Shown here piece by piece: positions 1 through 12,535 of a stretch of 64,000 nucleotides of DNA (positions are counted from its first letter, which is position 1; every line of letters starts with the position of its first letter). Made by a program: the position numbers and the translations under genes. A model generated the notes under the pieces. It ran no database searches, had not been told where the DNA came from, and saw only the letters and a list, made by a program, of their open reading frames with translations. The stretch comes from Azolla caroliniana (Eukaryota > Plantae > Polypodiophyta). The stretch is taken from positions 17,360,001 to 17,424,000 of the forward strand of contig JBHGNT010000017.1 in the NCBI GenBank assembly GCA_043228905.1. The letters run 5' to 3'.

Positions 1-339
1 TACACCACATATACATGCATACATACATACACACACACACACACATAAATCCATGCATCCATGCATCCATACATACATGCTACATGTGAGCACTGCTTAC
101 ACAGATAATGGTTGTGAAGTATGATCATACCTGAGCTCTTTGATTTTTACCAGTTGCATGGAGAGGCAACGCATGCATACATACATACATACACCACATA
201 TACATGCATACACACACACACATACATCCATGCATCCATACATACATGCTACATGTGAGCACTGCTTACACGGATAATGGGTGTGAAGTATGATCATACC
301 TGATCTCTTTGATTTTTACCAGTTGCATGGAGAGGCAAT
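1..339 (+). repeat. ~169-bp tandem duplication covering the GH31 splice acceptor and the first ~16 exon nt
   Basis: The sequence ...ctctttgatttttaccAG|ttgcatggagaggca occurs with AG at 152-153 and again at 321-322. Both copies are preceded by the same CATA/CA-rich tract. Confidence 0.85.
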
Positions 340-3300
340 GCATGGCAGGATAGTGCATGGGCAAAACCCATTGCAGCTCATAGAGAGGTATACCCAAGCA
401 ATTGGCCGGATGAGAGAGCTCCCAGATTGGATCCTGGAAGGGGCTATTGTAGGCATGCAAGGAGGCTCTCAAGCAGTTCGCCAAATGTGGAAGGAACTCA
501 AGGCTGCGGATGTGCCCATCTCTGCATTCTGGTTACAGGTATAAGGGTCACATGAAAAATTCCTGGCTATCCATGCGAGAGCAGACCCTTATCAAATTCA
601 GCCTAGATTCCTTCCAGAGCAACATAATTTCGCTTATTCTCATGTTTGCTCACTTTCTCCTTGCAGGATTGGGTTGGGCAAAGGAAGACCAGCATAGGTT
701 GGCAGCTATGGTGGAATTGGGAGACTGATGAAGACCATTATGTTGGATGGAATCAACTCGTGAAAGACCTCAAGGACCAGGGCATAAACACCATGGCTTA
801 CCTTAATCCTTTCCTTGCCTCTGTAAGAGCAATATATAAAACTCCAAACTATCTCGCATCTTTCAAATTTCAGCTAAAAACTATATTGGCAGTTTGAAAA
901 CTAGCAAATCTGCAGCCATCAATGAATTCTAAAAATAAAACAATTACACCTCTTGTTCTGTGGAAAAAAAAAAGTACAGATGAAATCTGAGAAACTAAGC
1001 AAATCCATCCTATAAAAACAGAGATGAAATCTGAGAAACTAGGCAAATCAATCCTCATCCATGAAATCTGAGAACCTAAGCAAATCCATCCTCATCCATG
1101 AAATCTGAGAAACTAAGCAAATCCGTCCTCATCCATGAAATCTAAGAAACTAAGCAAATCCATCCTCATCCATGAAATCTAACAACAATTGTGCTTGTTG
1201 TTATGTCGGTCAGGTGGATGAAAAGATTAAAACGAATCGCCACCTATTTGAAGAAGCGAAAACTCGAGGATTTTTGGTCGCTCATCCGAGCAGCAGCTCT
1301 CCTTACATGATCCCTAACACAAGTTTCGACGCAGCCATGGTCGACTTGACAAACAAAGAAGCATGTGAATGGTTGAAAGAAGTGATGCATAGCATGATCA
1401 AAACCGGGGTAAAAGGCTGGATGGCCGATTTCGGCGAGAGTCTTCCTCTCGATGCAAGGCTTCACTCGAACGAGGATCCGAAATCGGCACACAACAGATA
1501 CCCTGAGATGTGGGCCAAGTTAAACAGGGAGGTTGTGGAAGAAAATGGTGATGATGAGTTAGTCTTCTTCATGAGAGCCGCGTACATGAAGAGCCCGAGA
1601 TGGGCGAGCCTCTTTTGGGAAGGAGACCAGATGGTCAGCTGGCAACGCCATGACGGTATCAAGAGTGCTGTTGTGGGATTGCTCAGTGGTGGGATCTCTG
1701 GCTTTTCTTTCAACCACAGTGACATAGGTATGTAGAGCTTACATTCATCCATTTTAGGCATACAGTTTAGGGTTAGGGTTTAGGGTTTAGGCATACAGTT
1801 ATGCATCCATTTTAGGCATACAATTTAGGGTTTAGGGTTTAGGCATACAGTTATGCAGTATATTTCTTTACATATAGACAAAAGAGAATACAAGAAATCC
1901 ATGGATAAGCTTACATGGATGAGAGATCGAGCATTGCAGGTGGATATTGCACAGTGGACATGCCATTTCTTCGATATCGGCGGAGCGAGGAGCTCCTTCT
2001 AAGATGGATGGAACTAAATGCCTTCTCAACCATCTTCAGAACTCATGAGGTAAGATCCTAAAAGGAAAAGGAAAAGAAAGATAACAAAGAAAAATACCTT
2101 CAAACAAACTGTTTTGGGAGCTTGAAGTTCAGCAGGGTTGAATCTGTTCATTCATTTTACAGGGAAACATTCCTTCAGCAAACCACCAATTCCACACATC
2201 ATCAGCAAGCCTAAACCATTTTGCAAGATTTGCAAAAGTATACAAAGCATGGGAATTCTACCGCAAGCAACTAGTGAAGGTATGTATGCAACAAACAAAT
2301 CAAATTTGCCAAAATGTTTCTTTGGATCTTGTTAATGATTCTTTGAACTAGCCACAATATTCATTTAACCACCAGAACTGTTAATGATTCTTTGATCTAG
2401 TAAAGTTTGGTATGCGTTCAATTTAACCTAAAAAAAAATCCCCAATTATTCAACAAGTGAATGCATGCATGCAATTGACCATCGAATTTGTTTGTGAATC
2501 TTTGTGACTAGTACTTAAGGTTTAACCATCAGATTTGTTAATGATCCTTCAAACTAATAAAGGTATGTATGCTACTGAACCATCGAATTTGTTGATGAAT
2601 ATTTGAACTATCAAAGGAAATGTATGCACTCAACCATAAATTTTCATTGAATTTGTTATTGATTTCTTGAAGTCGTAAAGTGAAGCTTGCATTTAACAGG
2701 CAGATTTGTTCATGATTATTTGAGCTAGGTAAAGCAATGTCTGCATTTATCCAGAGAATTAGTTAATGATTGTTTAAACTCGTAAAGTTATGTATGCATT
2801 TAACTATCAAAATTTGATAATGATTCTTCGAACTAGTAAATGTGTGTATGCATTGATTTTAACCCATCAAGTTTGTTAATGATTCTTTGACCTAGGAAAT
2901 CATTGACCATTTTATTTTTTTTGAATGGATTGAAAAGGAATAGAGACATGGGCTTTTTTTGTTCAGTTTCATGAAACAAATTTGTGGGCTTTCTCTCACT
3001 CACACACACACACTCTCTCTCTCTCTCTCTTTTGTCTGCAGGAGTCATCATCATTAGGGCTACCTGTGGTGCGACCATTGTTTCTTCATTACTGGGAAGA
3101 CCCAAGGAGCTTGGCCATATCTTATCAGCAATTCCTGGTGGGCAGTGAGATCATGGTGGCCCCAGTGTTGGACAAGGGCCATGGACACGTGTGGACATAT
3201 TTTCCGTCGTCCCCAGACGAATGGACGCACGTATGGACGGGCACCCTCTACTCTCACCGGCCTTCCTTGGTCAAGATCCGGTCCCCGCTCGGTTACCCCG

Positions 3301-3380
3301 CCATCTTCGTGAAATCGAATTCCCCCGTGGGTCACACTTTCTTGCAGAACCTCCGGGACCTCCACCTGATGCCTGAATGA
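323..3380 (+). CDS. GH31 alpha-glycosidase, YihQ/sulfoquinovosidase-like (5'-partial, 6 exons in window)
   Basis: GT-AG exons 323-538, 667-822, 1214-1727, 1940-2049, 2163-2279 and 3042-3380 splice in frame. Motifs: WLQDWVG..WWNWE, GWMADFGE (nucleophile), WEGDQ (acid/base), HSDIGGY, RWMELNAF..FRTHEGN, PVVRPLFLHY, QFLVGSEIMVAPV. The start lies upstream of the window. Confidence 0.9.
980..1180 (+). repeat. 37-bp minisatellite (~5 copies) in a GH31 intron
   Basis: Unit atgaaatctgagaaactaagcaaatccatcctcatcc starts at about 980, 1024, 1061, 1098, 1135 and 1172. Confidence 0.9.
1745..1856 (+). repeat. Duplicated intronic block containing interstitial plant telomere repeats (TTTAGGG)
   Basis: tttagggttagggtttagggtttagg at 1766-1791 and tttagggtttagggtttagg at ~1824-1843, each flanked by aggcatacagtt-like sequence. 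Confidence 0.8.
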
Positions 3381-3429
3381 AGAGATGGACCCGTATCATT
3401 GTCACTCATAGACTTTTAGACCCCCCATT

Positions 3430-6060
3430 CAGAAGGTTCGCAATTGGAGTTTTCACACCATTGATATGGTAGATTGTCCCCCGTTCAGAAGGTTCATGAT
3501 CAGGTTTTTCACACCATTGCTCTGGTAAGATTGTTGATCTAAGAGATGGCCTGGCACCCCCAAGTACACAAGCGCCAATGGGGTCTCGTCGCTGACCAAT
3601 CCACTTTCCACACAAGAAAAGCAACACGACGACTAACTTCTGACTTGTGTCTCTAACCTAGTTTCCAGTTTGCTCGATTTGTTTTTATCAATTAGTCATC
3701 ACCAACTAATTTGCATCCCACTCATAGCAAAAGGACATCTGACTTGCGTTATGCCACGCTTCTCTATCCTGAAAACTAGTCTCCAATTTGCTTGCTCGAT
3801 TCTTTCATTGATCAGTGAAGTCTCTCTGACAACACCTTGACTTATGGCGATCAATTGCTCTCTGATTCTTCCAAAACACCACCACATAGTGCTACCTACC
3901 TACTTATGTCCATGCCCTAGAACTAGTTTTGGTTGCCCAATTATTTTCATCCAATGATCAACTTTCTCCATATTTAACCTATGGGATAGTTTCCTATTGA
4001 TAAGAGCATATGCATTGTCACAATGTACAAACTCTCAAGCATATGCCCATCATGTGTCTTACTTTCTGCTTCAACCTCCCTCAAGGTCACTCAATTGTAT
4101 AGAAACCATACATGTACATTCTCTTCAATTTCTTCACTAGTTTTTGTATCAAATCTTCTTTTCCTTGACCTAAGTCTACAAGAGTGTATGAGGATCACTT
4201 CCTTCTTTAAAATTGGAGGAACCCTCGATTGGGCATCTTTAGGCTCATCATGTATATACCACTATACTTGTTTTAGGGTCATGCATGTACATATATACCA
4301 CTACAATCGTTTTACTACTCTTGATTTAACCATTTTGGATCCAATACCACCTCATTCCTATTGTGCAACATTTGGCATTATCTATTACACGTACATTCTC
4401 TTCAAATTCTTCACTAGTTTTTGTATCAAAACTCTTTTCCTTGACCTAAGTTTGCCAAAGTCTATGAGGATCACTTCCTTCTTTAAGATTGGAGGAACCC
4501 TCGATTGGGCATTTTTAGGCTCATCATGTATATACCACTACACTTGTTTTAAGCTCATGCATGTACATATATACCACTACAATTGTATTACTCCTCTTGA
4601 TTCAAGCATTTTGGATCCAATACCACCTCATTCCTATTGTGCAACCTTTGGCATTATATATCCATCCAATTGTTGAACCATAACTTGTCACCTTGCTTTC
4701 GTTTCTAGAAATCTATTGCTTCATATTGGGAAAATGGGTATAAATCATTAACTTTTGAGTCGCTCATTTTTGTGCAAAAACTCAACCTCAATTTCTACAG
4801 TAATATTTAAAAACAATTTTTGCAAGTCCCTTTATCATTATAAACATGTGGAGGTAACCATAAATATTAAAAAGCGATTCATGGATGAAAAATTGCATTT
4901 TTTAAGAAAGGTTTATGAATTATGATTAAATCAAGCGGGTGTAAATTCAATAGTCTTCTCAAGCGATGTACTAGTTGGAACTTAGAAGTTTACCCTTGGG
5001 TCTCTCAAGATCATGAAATTGACGAACTAAAAGTGCGATCAATGAAAGAAACAAGAGTAAAGCGACATTCAATACTCGTGTCCTAGATGAAAACCCTTGG
5101 GTCAAAGGCCAATAATCCCACTACATGCTTGTAAACATTGTAGAAGGATTGAGTTATGGAGCCAAATACATATTTGACCACAAGCACCAATGCCAAGGTG
5201 TTGGTCGTGGTGTTTGTAATGAAGTTGTCAATATGAGAGTCCATTTCATGTTGGCCATCAAGCCGATGGGTGTCTTTGTCAAGCTCCCCATTTGTCTGCA
5301 AGCAACATGGGTTGACTCGACATAGGAGGTCAATCGTGGAGTATAAATCATCTCATCTTCTAGCTAATCAAAATGCTACTAAAGCATGCCATTGGACATG
5401 ATATAATGGGCCTACTAGTTAACCTATCACACATACACGTAGCACCACATTTTATGTACTTAATCAATTACTCAACAATTAACATTCATGATTCAATGAA
5501 ATAATTACTAAAGTTAGGAATTGATAGATATCTTTTTAACGTCCACATGAGAAGAATCGACGAAGGGTATACATGCACTCAATAAAGTAGTTGATATTAA
5601 TGATAATCAACATTATTATCTTGCACAAATGACACACCTTATCCTCTCCTCTCAAATGAGGAGTCACACGAGCTTTTATAGGTGTGGGTGATGATCTTGC
5701 CTCCACTACCTGCTCTATCTAGATATCCTATATTCAATTCATATTCAACTCTTAATTGAGCCCATTCCCAAATAGGTTCTTCTATTTTATTGGGTCAATT
5801 AGTTTTTTATTACCAAAAACAATTCTAGCTCAATATTTCTAGCAAATTATTTTGATATATTGGTTGTTGCCGGCTAGACTATACCACACCTTTTATAACA
5901 CAATGTCCAATCAATAATAGAAGCCCTCCATCTATGGCCAAAGCAAGGATATATTTCTCCACAAAACAAACAAATACAAAGGGTATCTAACTATTTGTAT
6001 ATAGAAATCCTAGGTCCAACATCGCTCTCCAGTTGTCCATCACCCCAAGTGCATACCCGA
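3430..6060 (-). mobile_element. Possible highly decayed Copia fragments (integrase-, RT- and RNaseH-like pieces)
   Basis: Weak minus-strand motif echoes only: NGV...NLLN near 3450 and NGELDK..RL near 5290. No intact frame or LTR pair. Confidence 0.25.
4113..4660 (+). repeat. ~277-bp two-copy tandem duplication
   Basis: gtacattctcttcaa...ttggcatta occurs from ~4113 and ~4390, with scattered substitutions. Confidence 0.85.
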
Positions 6061-6502
6061 TGCACAATCAATGTGATCAATTCGTTAAAATATATTTGAA
6101 GATATATGGTAGGCCTAAGAGCTCTATAGGGGAACTTAGAGAAAACATCAACTCATAGTTAAATACTATGATAGCTCTTCACCATACATAATCAACGAGC
6201 CATTGCTTCGTAAGCAATGATGCCGACAGAACTAACCATTTGTCACTTAGAGAATGTAATGAAAGTTACCCACTATCATAACATCATACATCATGTTCGT
6301 GTTAGGGTGCCGTCTGCATCGGGGAAGTGCGGAGGACGTGATGACATGTAGTTTCGTCCACGTTGACAAGAGGGGAGGTGCTAGTTCATCGGATTCAGTA
6401 GCGGAGATAGGTTGTGTTTTCGGTGAGCGTGAAATCGGGAGGTGTCCATTTTCAGGTGTGAAAGGGGCCAATGTCTTAGAGTTAGACCTAGACTCTCCAC
6501 TT

Positions 6503-6606
6503 TAGAGAGAGAGAGAGAGAGAGAGAGAGGGCTTATCTTCTCATGTGGAGGAGAGCTTGTGTGGCTTGGCATTGTTTGTTGCAAGCCCAAGCTCAAGAAG
6601 AGAATA

Positions 6607-6648
<42 letters not shown>
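6503..6648 (+). repeat. (AG)n microsatellites in the RH3 promoter/5' region
   Basis: AG runs at ~6504-6529 and ~6611-6648, followed by TATAAAT at ~6654. A likely 5'-UTR intron runs 6793-7037. Confidence 0.75.
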
Positions 6649-6650
<2 letters not shown>

Positions 6651-7051
6651 GTCTATAAATTTGGCCCCAAATATCTAGAAATAAAGAGAGAGAGAAACCT
6701 CCACAGAACCAGTGCTGCTCTGCTCTCAAGAGGAACACACACCCCACGCTGAAGCTTTCCATAGCTTCTCTGTTCCTTCATCTCATCAACAGGTAAAATT
6801 TCTCTTTCCTCCTCCTCCTCCTCCTCATTTGATTGTACTCTCTCCCCCCCCCCCCCCCCCCAAAATGCATGCATGTTTGCTTGATTTGTTCTCTCTACCG
6901 CCAGAGGTTAGCTTTTTTCCGCTTGGGAACAGAGCTTCCACCTATGGCCTCAAAAACTTCATCTTTGTTGAAAACCTTCTTGACCCAATTGTGAAACCTT
7001 AATTCTGAGAGTTGGGTTGTCGTCGGATTATTCGCAGGAGGAGCTCTTGCC

Positions 7052-10000
7052 ATGGCTCCTTCAGTAAGCTCTGCTCATACCTTCCAAGCTCTGTCGCTAG
7101 AGATGGGAAGCAGCAGAGGAGTAATCATGTCCCAGAGGACCTCTGGAAGCGTCGTTAGTATGCTATCTTCTTCCTTTGTAGGTGATATAGCTCGGGTTGT
7201 TTCACATCATTCTACACTTGGAACAGGGCAACTATCACATTCTTCTAGGTCATCACAATGCTTTTCTGTTCGAATGGATGCTTCTCGCATCCATCATTCG
7301 AAGAAAGATGTTTCTGATGACGATTCTTGGAAGAGACCTGCTGTGGCTATGGCAGATTATGCTGTTTCTGAGAAGGATTTGAAGGAATTCTCTCAGAGAA
7401 TTGGGAGTAGAAGTAGTGTGGATATGAGTGATGGAGAAGAGAGTAGCACTCCGGTATCGAACACTGGTAGTGATATCTCCACCTTGGGCCTCAGGAAGGA
7501 GCTCGTCAATGCGCTGCGAAAGCGGGGAATCACACACTTATTTCCTATCCAGGTACGGTTTCTTCTTCTCCTTATGATCATGATAATTAATCGATGTGGA
7601 AGCTCACACAAAGTTACTGCATATAGTTCATGAGATTCCAAAATCATGCTCTATTCACAAGCTCAGTGCTCCCGAATTTGTAATTTATTTCATAGGTTCC
7701 AAACTTCCGAAGATGTTTTGTAAGCTGTGAGGCCAGTGATTATGGCACCTTATCTTTATCTCAGGCCATTGCCATTAGAGGTTGACCTTATCTTAGAGTA
7801 TGACGCCTTAGCTGGGTTTATGTCACTAGGTATGCTATTTTTGGATTGATAAAGCTCTCGTAAAGTACTAAATCAGCTCCCAAAGCATGTACAGTTACGT
7901 GAGCTCTCAAAAATCTACTGCTTTTTCTGAGGCTACTTCTATTAGAGATATTATATTCTTAGTTTTGGTTCATGTCATTGTATACATGATTTTGACCTGT
8001 TGAAGCCTTCATTGCTATTAAGAGCATGAATTTATGTCATTTTGTTCCTACGTTATCATGGCACATTCGACTTGATTAATCTGATTTATCGAGATGTTGA
8101 CATGTGCAGGAGGCAGTTCTCAAACCTGCAACTGAAGGACTCGACCTGATTGGTCGAGCCAGGACAGGCACGGGTAAAACGTTGGCTTTCGGCATCCCTA
8201 TCATTCAGAATCTTTTGGAAGAAAATCAAAATAGCTCACGGTAAATTTGTTGGGCGAACATCAAAAAATAATTTCCAACCTTTCTGGATATTTATCAGAA
8301 TACCCCTAAATTTTCAAAAAGGACAGGGCACCCCTCTGTATCGTTAAAGTTTTTACTGCAGAGGGGTGCGTTGTTGCAATGTTTTGGAACTAAAGGGTAT
8401 CTGGTAAATATGCAGAACATTAGGGTATTTGGGCGTTTTCCCCTAATTTGTATATACCTTTTAACTCAACAATCTTTCCTCTTCTCTATATCTGAGCTGA
8501 AGGTGGAATTGTCTGTTTCAGACGCTTCTCTCGTTACCCCCGTGTACTCGTGCTCGCACCCACCAGAGAGTTGGCGATGCAAGTAGAGAAAGAGTTCATG
8601 GAATCTGCACCAACATTGTCCACCCTTTGTGTTTATGGGGGAGTGCCCATTGGGGGGCAACAAAGGAAGTTGCAGAGTGGGGTTGATATTGCGGTTGGAA
8701 CTCCGGGACGTATTATGGACCTGATTGAAAGAGGCTCTTTACAACTCAATGAAGTTAGATATCTTGTTCTTGATGAAGCTGATCAAATGCTTGCCATAGG
8801 CTTTGCTGAAGATGTTGAGAAAATCCTTGAGAATGTGCCGTCAGAGCGCCAAAGTATGTTGTTTTCTGCCACCATGCCATCTTGGGTTTCCCAAATCTCG
8901 AGGAAATATTTAAAGAACCCTTTGAAGATTGATCTGGCAAGTTTTCCTCACTCTATAGATGTTTTGGAGTTTTATGCATAATAACTTATGTTTAAGAACT
9001 TTTGGAGTACTTCAAGGTTTTCTAAGTGATCTGCGCCCTTCCTTACAATTGAATTTTTGATTGCAGGTTGGAGACTCTAAGGAAAAACTTGCACAGGGCA
9101 TCAAACTGTTCTCAATAGCTTGTCCACCAGCTGCAAAACGTTCTATCCTGAATGACCTTATAACGGTAAACCCTAATGCACCACATTGTATACTCTCTAT
9201 CATTGGCTCTATTTCAGTTCTTTAACGTATTTGCAAATTGTGGCAATGCAGGTATATGGAAAGGGTGGGAAGACTATCGTTTTCACACAAACAAAGAAGG
9301 ATGCTGATGAGGTTTCCATGGCGATGAGTCGGATACTCGGAGCAGAAGCTTTGCATGGTGATATATCTCAAGCTCAAAGGGAGAAAACTCTTTCCCGCTT
9401 TAGAAGTGGGAAGTTCACAGTATTAATAGCAACTGATGTTGCAGCTCGAGGACTTGACATCCCAGATGTTGATCTTGTGAGATATTTTCGTTTCCCCCCT
9501 TATTTATAAATGATTTACTATGATTGAGAAAATTGTGCGTTTTGATAACTTGGAATTGCATGCAGATTATTCACTATGAAGCACCAAATGATCCTGAAAC
9601 ATTTGTCCACCGTTCGGGGAGGACAGGGAGGGCTGGCAAAGGTGGGACAGCTATATTGATACATGCAAACTCTCAGACAAGAACACTGAGAACCATTGAG
9701 AGGGACGTTGGTTGCAAATTTGAGCCCATTGCTGCGCCAACTGTTGAAGATGTGCTCACAGCCTCATCTGAACAAGCCCGAGATGCCTTAAGCAAGGTTC
9801 ATCCAGAGTTGACAGCTGTGTTTCTTCCTGTAGCTCAAAGCCTCCTTCAGGAACAAGGTCCTGATGCATTAGCTGCAGCCATTGCTCATTTAAGTGGATT
9901 CACGCAACCGCCAGCATCTAGGTCTTTGATTACGCACGAACAGGTAGGATTTCATTCTTGTTTCTCAATTCTAACACCTTTTCCCAATGATTGCCAACTT

Positions 10001-11524
10001 ATGCTTTTGCAATCATCTGAGAACATATTCATATCATTTCTTGCATTGTCTCATTGGAGCCTCACAGGCCATTTTGGCTGTTTGAAAACTTTAAAGTAAA
10101 TCTTTCTTTATTTTTTTTGTTGCTCTGTGTTTTCATATAGGTTTGATGAATGTCTGTTTTTATGTTTAAGGGATGGATGACACTCCAATTTACACGGACC
10201 CGTGGTGGAAGTGGGCTCTTGTCTCCTGGGGGTGTTATGGGAGCACTTGCATCAATCTGTCAGAGAGCTACTGATGAAGTTGGCAAGATACAAATGCTGG
10301 ATTCATCTGAGGTGAAGTGAAGCTTCCTCTTGAATGTCCTGGAGTTTATAGTGTTTCCTGAATAGCCGTCTCTAACTCTTCTGTGGGTAAACAGGGCATG
10401 GGTGCTGTTTTTGACCTTCCTGAGGATGTTGCGAAAGAACTTCTTGCTCTCCCACTACCACCTGGTGATGAGATTCAAGCAATTTCAAAGGTAGGTTCCT
10501 AGCAGGAGAATGTTATAACTTTTGGGAGTCAATAGATCAGAGATCCATCCATGTGAGAGAATAGGTACAGGTGGATGTAGTTTAGTTGGTATGTTAACCA
10601 GCAGACACAAGGTCATATTTTCAACCCCGATACGTTCTTGGTATTAGTGAGATTTGAACCCTGGTGTAGTTCCAGTATAAAATATGGCTTACCACTAAGC
10701 TGTAGCTCTCATAGGAAAAGGAGAGAGAAAGAGGGGAGACATTGGGTGGTAAAACATGATAATTGTCGATCTTGGGTTTGTTCAAGGTGTTCGTAACATA
10801 TCGTGGGTTATTGTAACTCTTGATTGTTCAAGTTGTATCATTAATAAATAAGAAGCTTGACAATGGGTAATAGAGAATCTTCTGTGTGATATTAGTGGTG
10901 TAAACAAGTGAGTGAGAGAGAGAGAGTACAGCTTTCAAGAGAGTATGCTGAAGAGTATTTTTACTTTTTACATTAGTTGCCAAGACTTCAATATGCTGAA
11001 GCTCCTCGGGATAGTTATGGAATGTTTTCTTCGCGGGGTGGCCCCCGCTCTGGTCGTGGTGGACCAATGAGAGGTCGTGGATCATATGGATCAGGCAGGG
11101 GTTCCAGTAGTTGGAGTGATAACAAAAGAGGAAGCTCATGGGATGATAACTCCAGAAGTGGAAGCTCATGGGGTGATAAGTCCAGAAGTGGAAGCTCATG
11201 GGGTGATAACTCCAGAAGTGGAAGCTCGTGGAGTGATAGGAGTGGAAGCTCAAACAGAAGTGGAAGCTCTTGGGGTGGGGAATCTGGTGGACGGAGAAGT
11301 GGCTCGAGAAGCCCAAGCTCAAGGTTAGAGATCATATGCTTTTCATAACCTTGATGATAATTTCATATGCTCCATAATGATTAAGTATGTGTTTCATATA
11401 TGCTGCATGTGCATGTTGATTTTCTTGCTTGTATTCGTACCACATGCTCCAGGATGTTGTGCATTCTTTTCACATGCTTTTTATATCCACCATGAAATGA
11501 GCTGGTGCCAATTCTTGCAGGTGA
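7052..11524 (+). CDS. RH3: DEAD-box RNA helicase, plastid RH3-type, with GUCT domain and RS/G-rich tail
   Basis: Exons 7052-7552, 8110-8240, 8522-8936 (GC donor), 9067-9165, 9252-9476, 9566-9943, 10171-10311, 10395-10490, 10977-11323 and 11521-11524. Motifs: [49 protein letters not shown]. Ser-rich transit-peptide-like N-terminus. Confidence 0.92.
8252..8443. mobile_element. Hairpin MITE (Mutator-like termini) in an RH3 intron
   Basis: Nested inverted arms: atatttatcagaatacccct / aagggtatctggtaaatat and cacccctctgta / tgcagaggggtg. The end ttttcccctaattt is shared with the element at 28.1-28.3 kb. Confidence 0.55.
11128..11275 (+). repeat. Coding 30-nt repeat encoding SRSGSSW(G/D/S)D(N/K), about 4-5 copies
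   Basis: agaagtggaagctcatggggtgataactcc repeats with a 30-nt period in RH3 exon 9. Confidence 0.9.
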
Positions 11525-12278
11525 TGGCTATTTTGAGAGTCACCGAGGCATAATGCTCACGCAGCTGAGAATTTCCCAGTGCTAACTATTCATCTGTTTA
11601 GAAGCTTCTATATTGAGTTATATTGGTTTGTTTTACAAATCATTCATATTCAAAGCTTGTGCATCAGGCCTTTTTGCAAAGCTTATTGAATCCATGATTG
11701 GGGGTTTGACAGATCTCTTCTTGCAACTCTGCTTCTATAACATGTCCTGCCCACGACATAAACCAAGGAAATACAGCTATCTGTTTCGTGTAGTAATGCA
11801 TTTTTTAAGCATATTGACAGTGAAGAGCCAAGTCAAGTTTCAAGGCGCTGGTATACAATACACTATGCAATGCTCGATGTTAGAGCAGTTTTATGTTTTA
11901 TTCTGTTATGAAGCTAATTTGCTGGCCACCTTTAGCTACTTGGAAGTAAGTATGGATGAATATGTGATTGCTAGTTTAAATCAAAAGATTGCACCTTGCT
12001 CCAAATATGACTCCTGTGTCAATATATTAATTCAATCTTGAGAAGAGAATTTAGATGGAACACAATCCTTAATGTCCAGTCACATCTACGATGAGATCTT
12101 GCCATACAGTCTGTGCCTTTAAACCATAGTTTAAAATAGAGTGGACTATCAAAAACCTAATGTTTGATCTATGCTATATTATCTTGGTGCATAAAACAAT
12201 CATCCCAGAAAACACTTACCATCAATGGAGAGGCGTCATCTAATATCTGAAGTACGATTTTTGTGTTGTCCTAGAAAC

Positions 12279-12535
12279 AGTATCTTTAATATCAAAGTAG
12301 TATTGTATGGTTTCTTTAGAGGCAACATTTCTAATATATAAAACTAGTGGTATATAGTTTTCTATAGAGCTTCATGTTCAGCTACGTTACAATACAATTT
12401 TTACTTCTACTTTGTGTTCTCTTAAGAGTCAGTATCTCTAATATCAAAGTAGTTTTGTATGAGTCTTTAGAGGCAGCATCTTTAATATATTGAAGTAGCA
12501 TTGTATAGTTTCTATAGAGCTTCATGTTCAGCTAC
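12279..12535 (+). repeat. Two-copy duplication, ~152-bp period
   Basis: agtatct(t/c)taatatcaaagtag...tctatagagcttcatgttcagctac starts at ~12279 and ~12431. Confidence 0.75.

Noticed and set aside
1766-1843. True chromosome end or mis-join
   Set aside because: Only a few repeats are present, inside an intron whose flanking exons splice in frame.
4023-4676. 217-aa ORF with an internal repeat
   Set aside because: It coincides with a 277-bp DNA duplication and has no protein motif or splice support.
10828-11335. Antisense ORFs with repeats opposite the RH3 tail
   Set aside because: These are shadows of the 30-nt coding repeat on the + strand.
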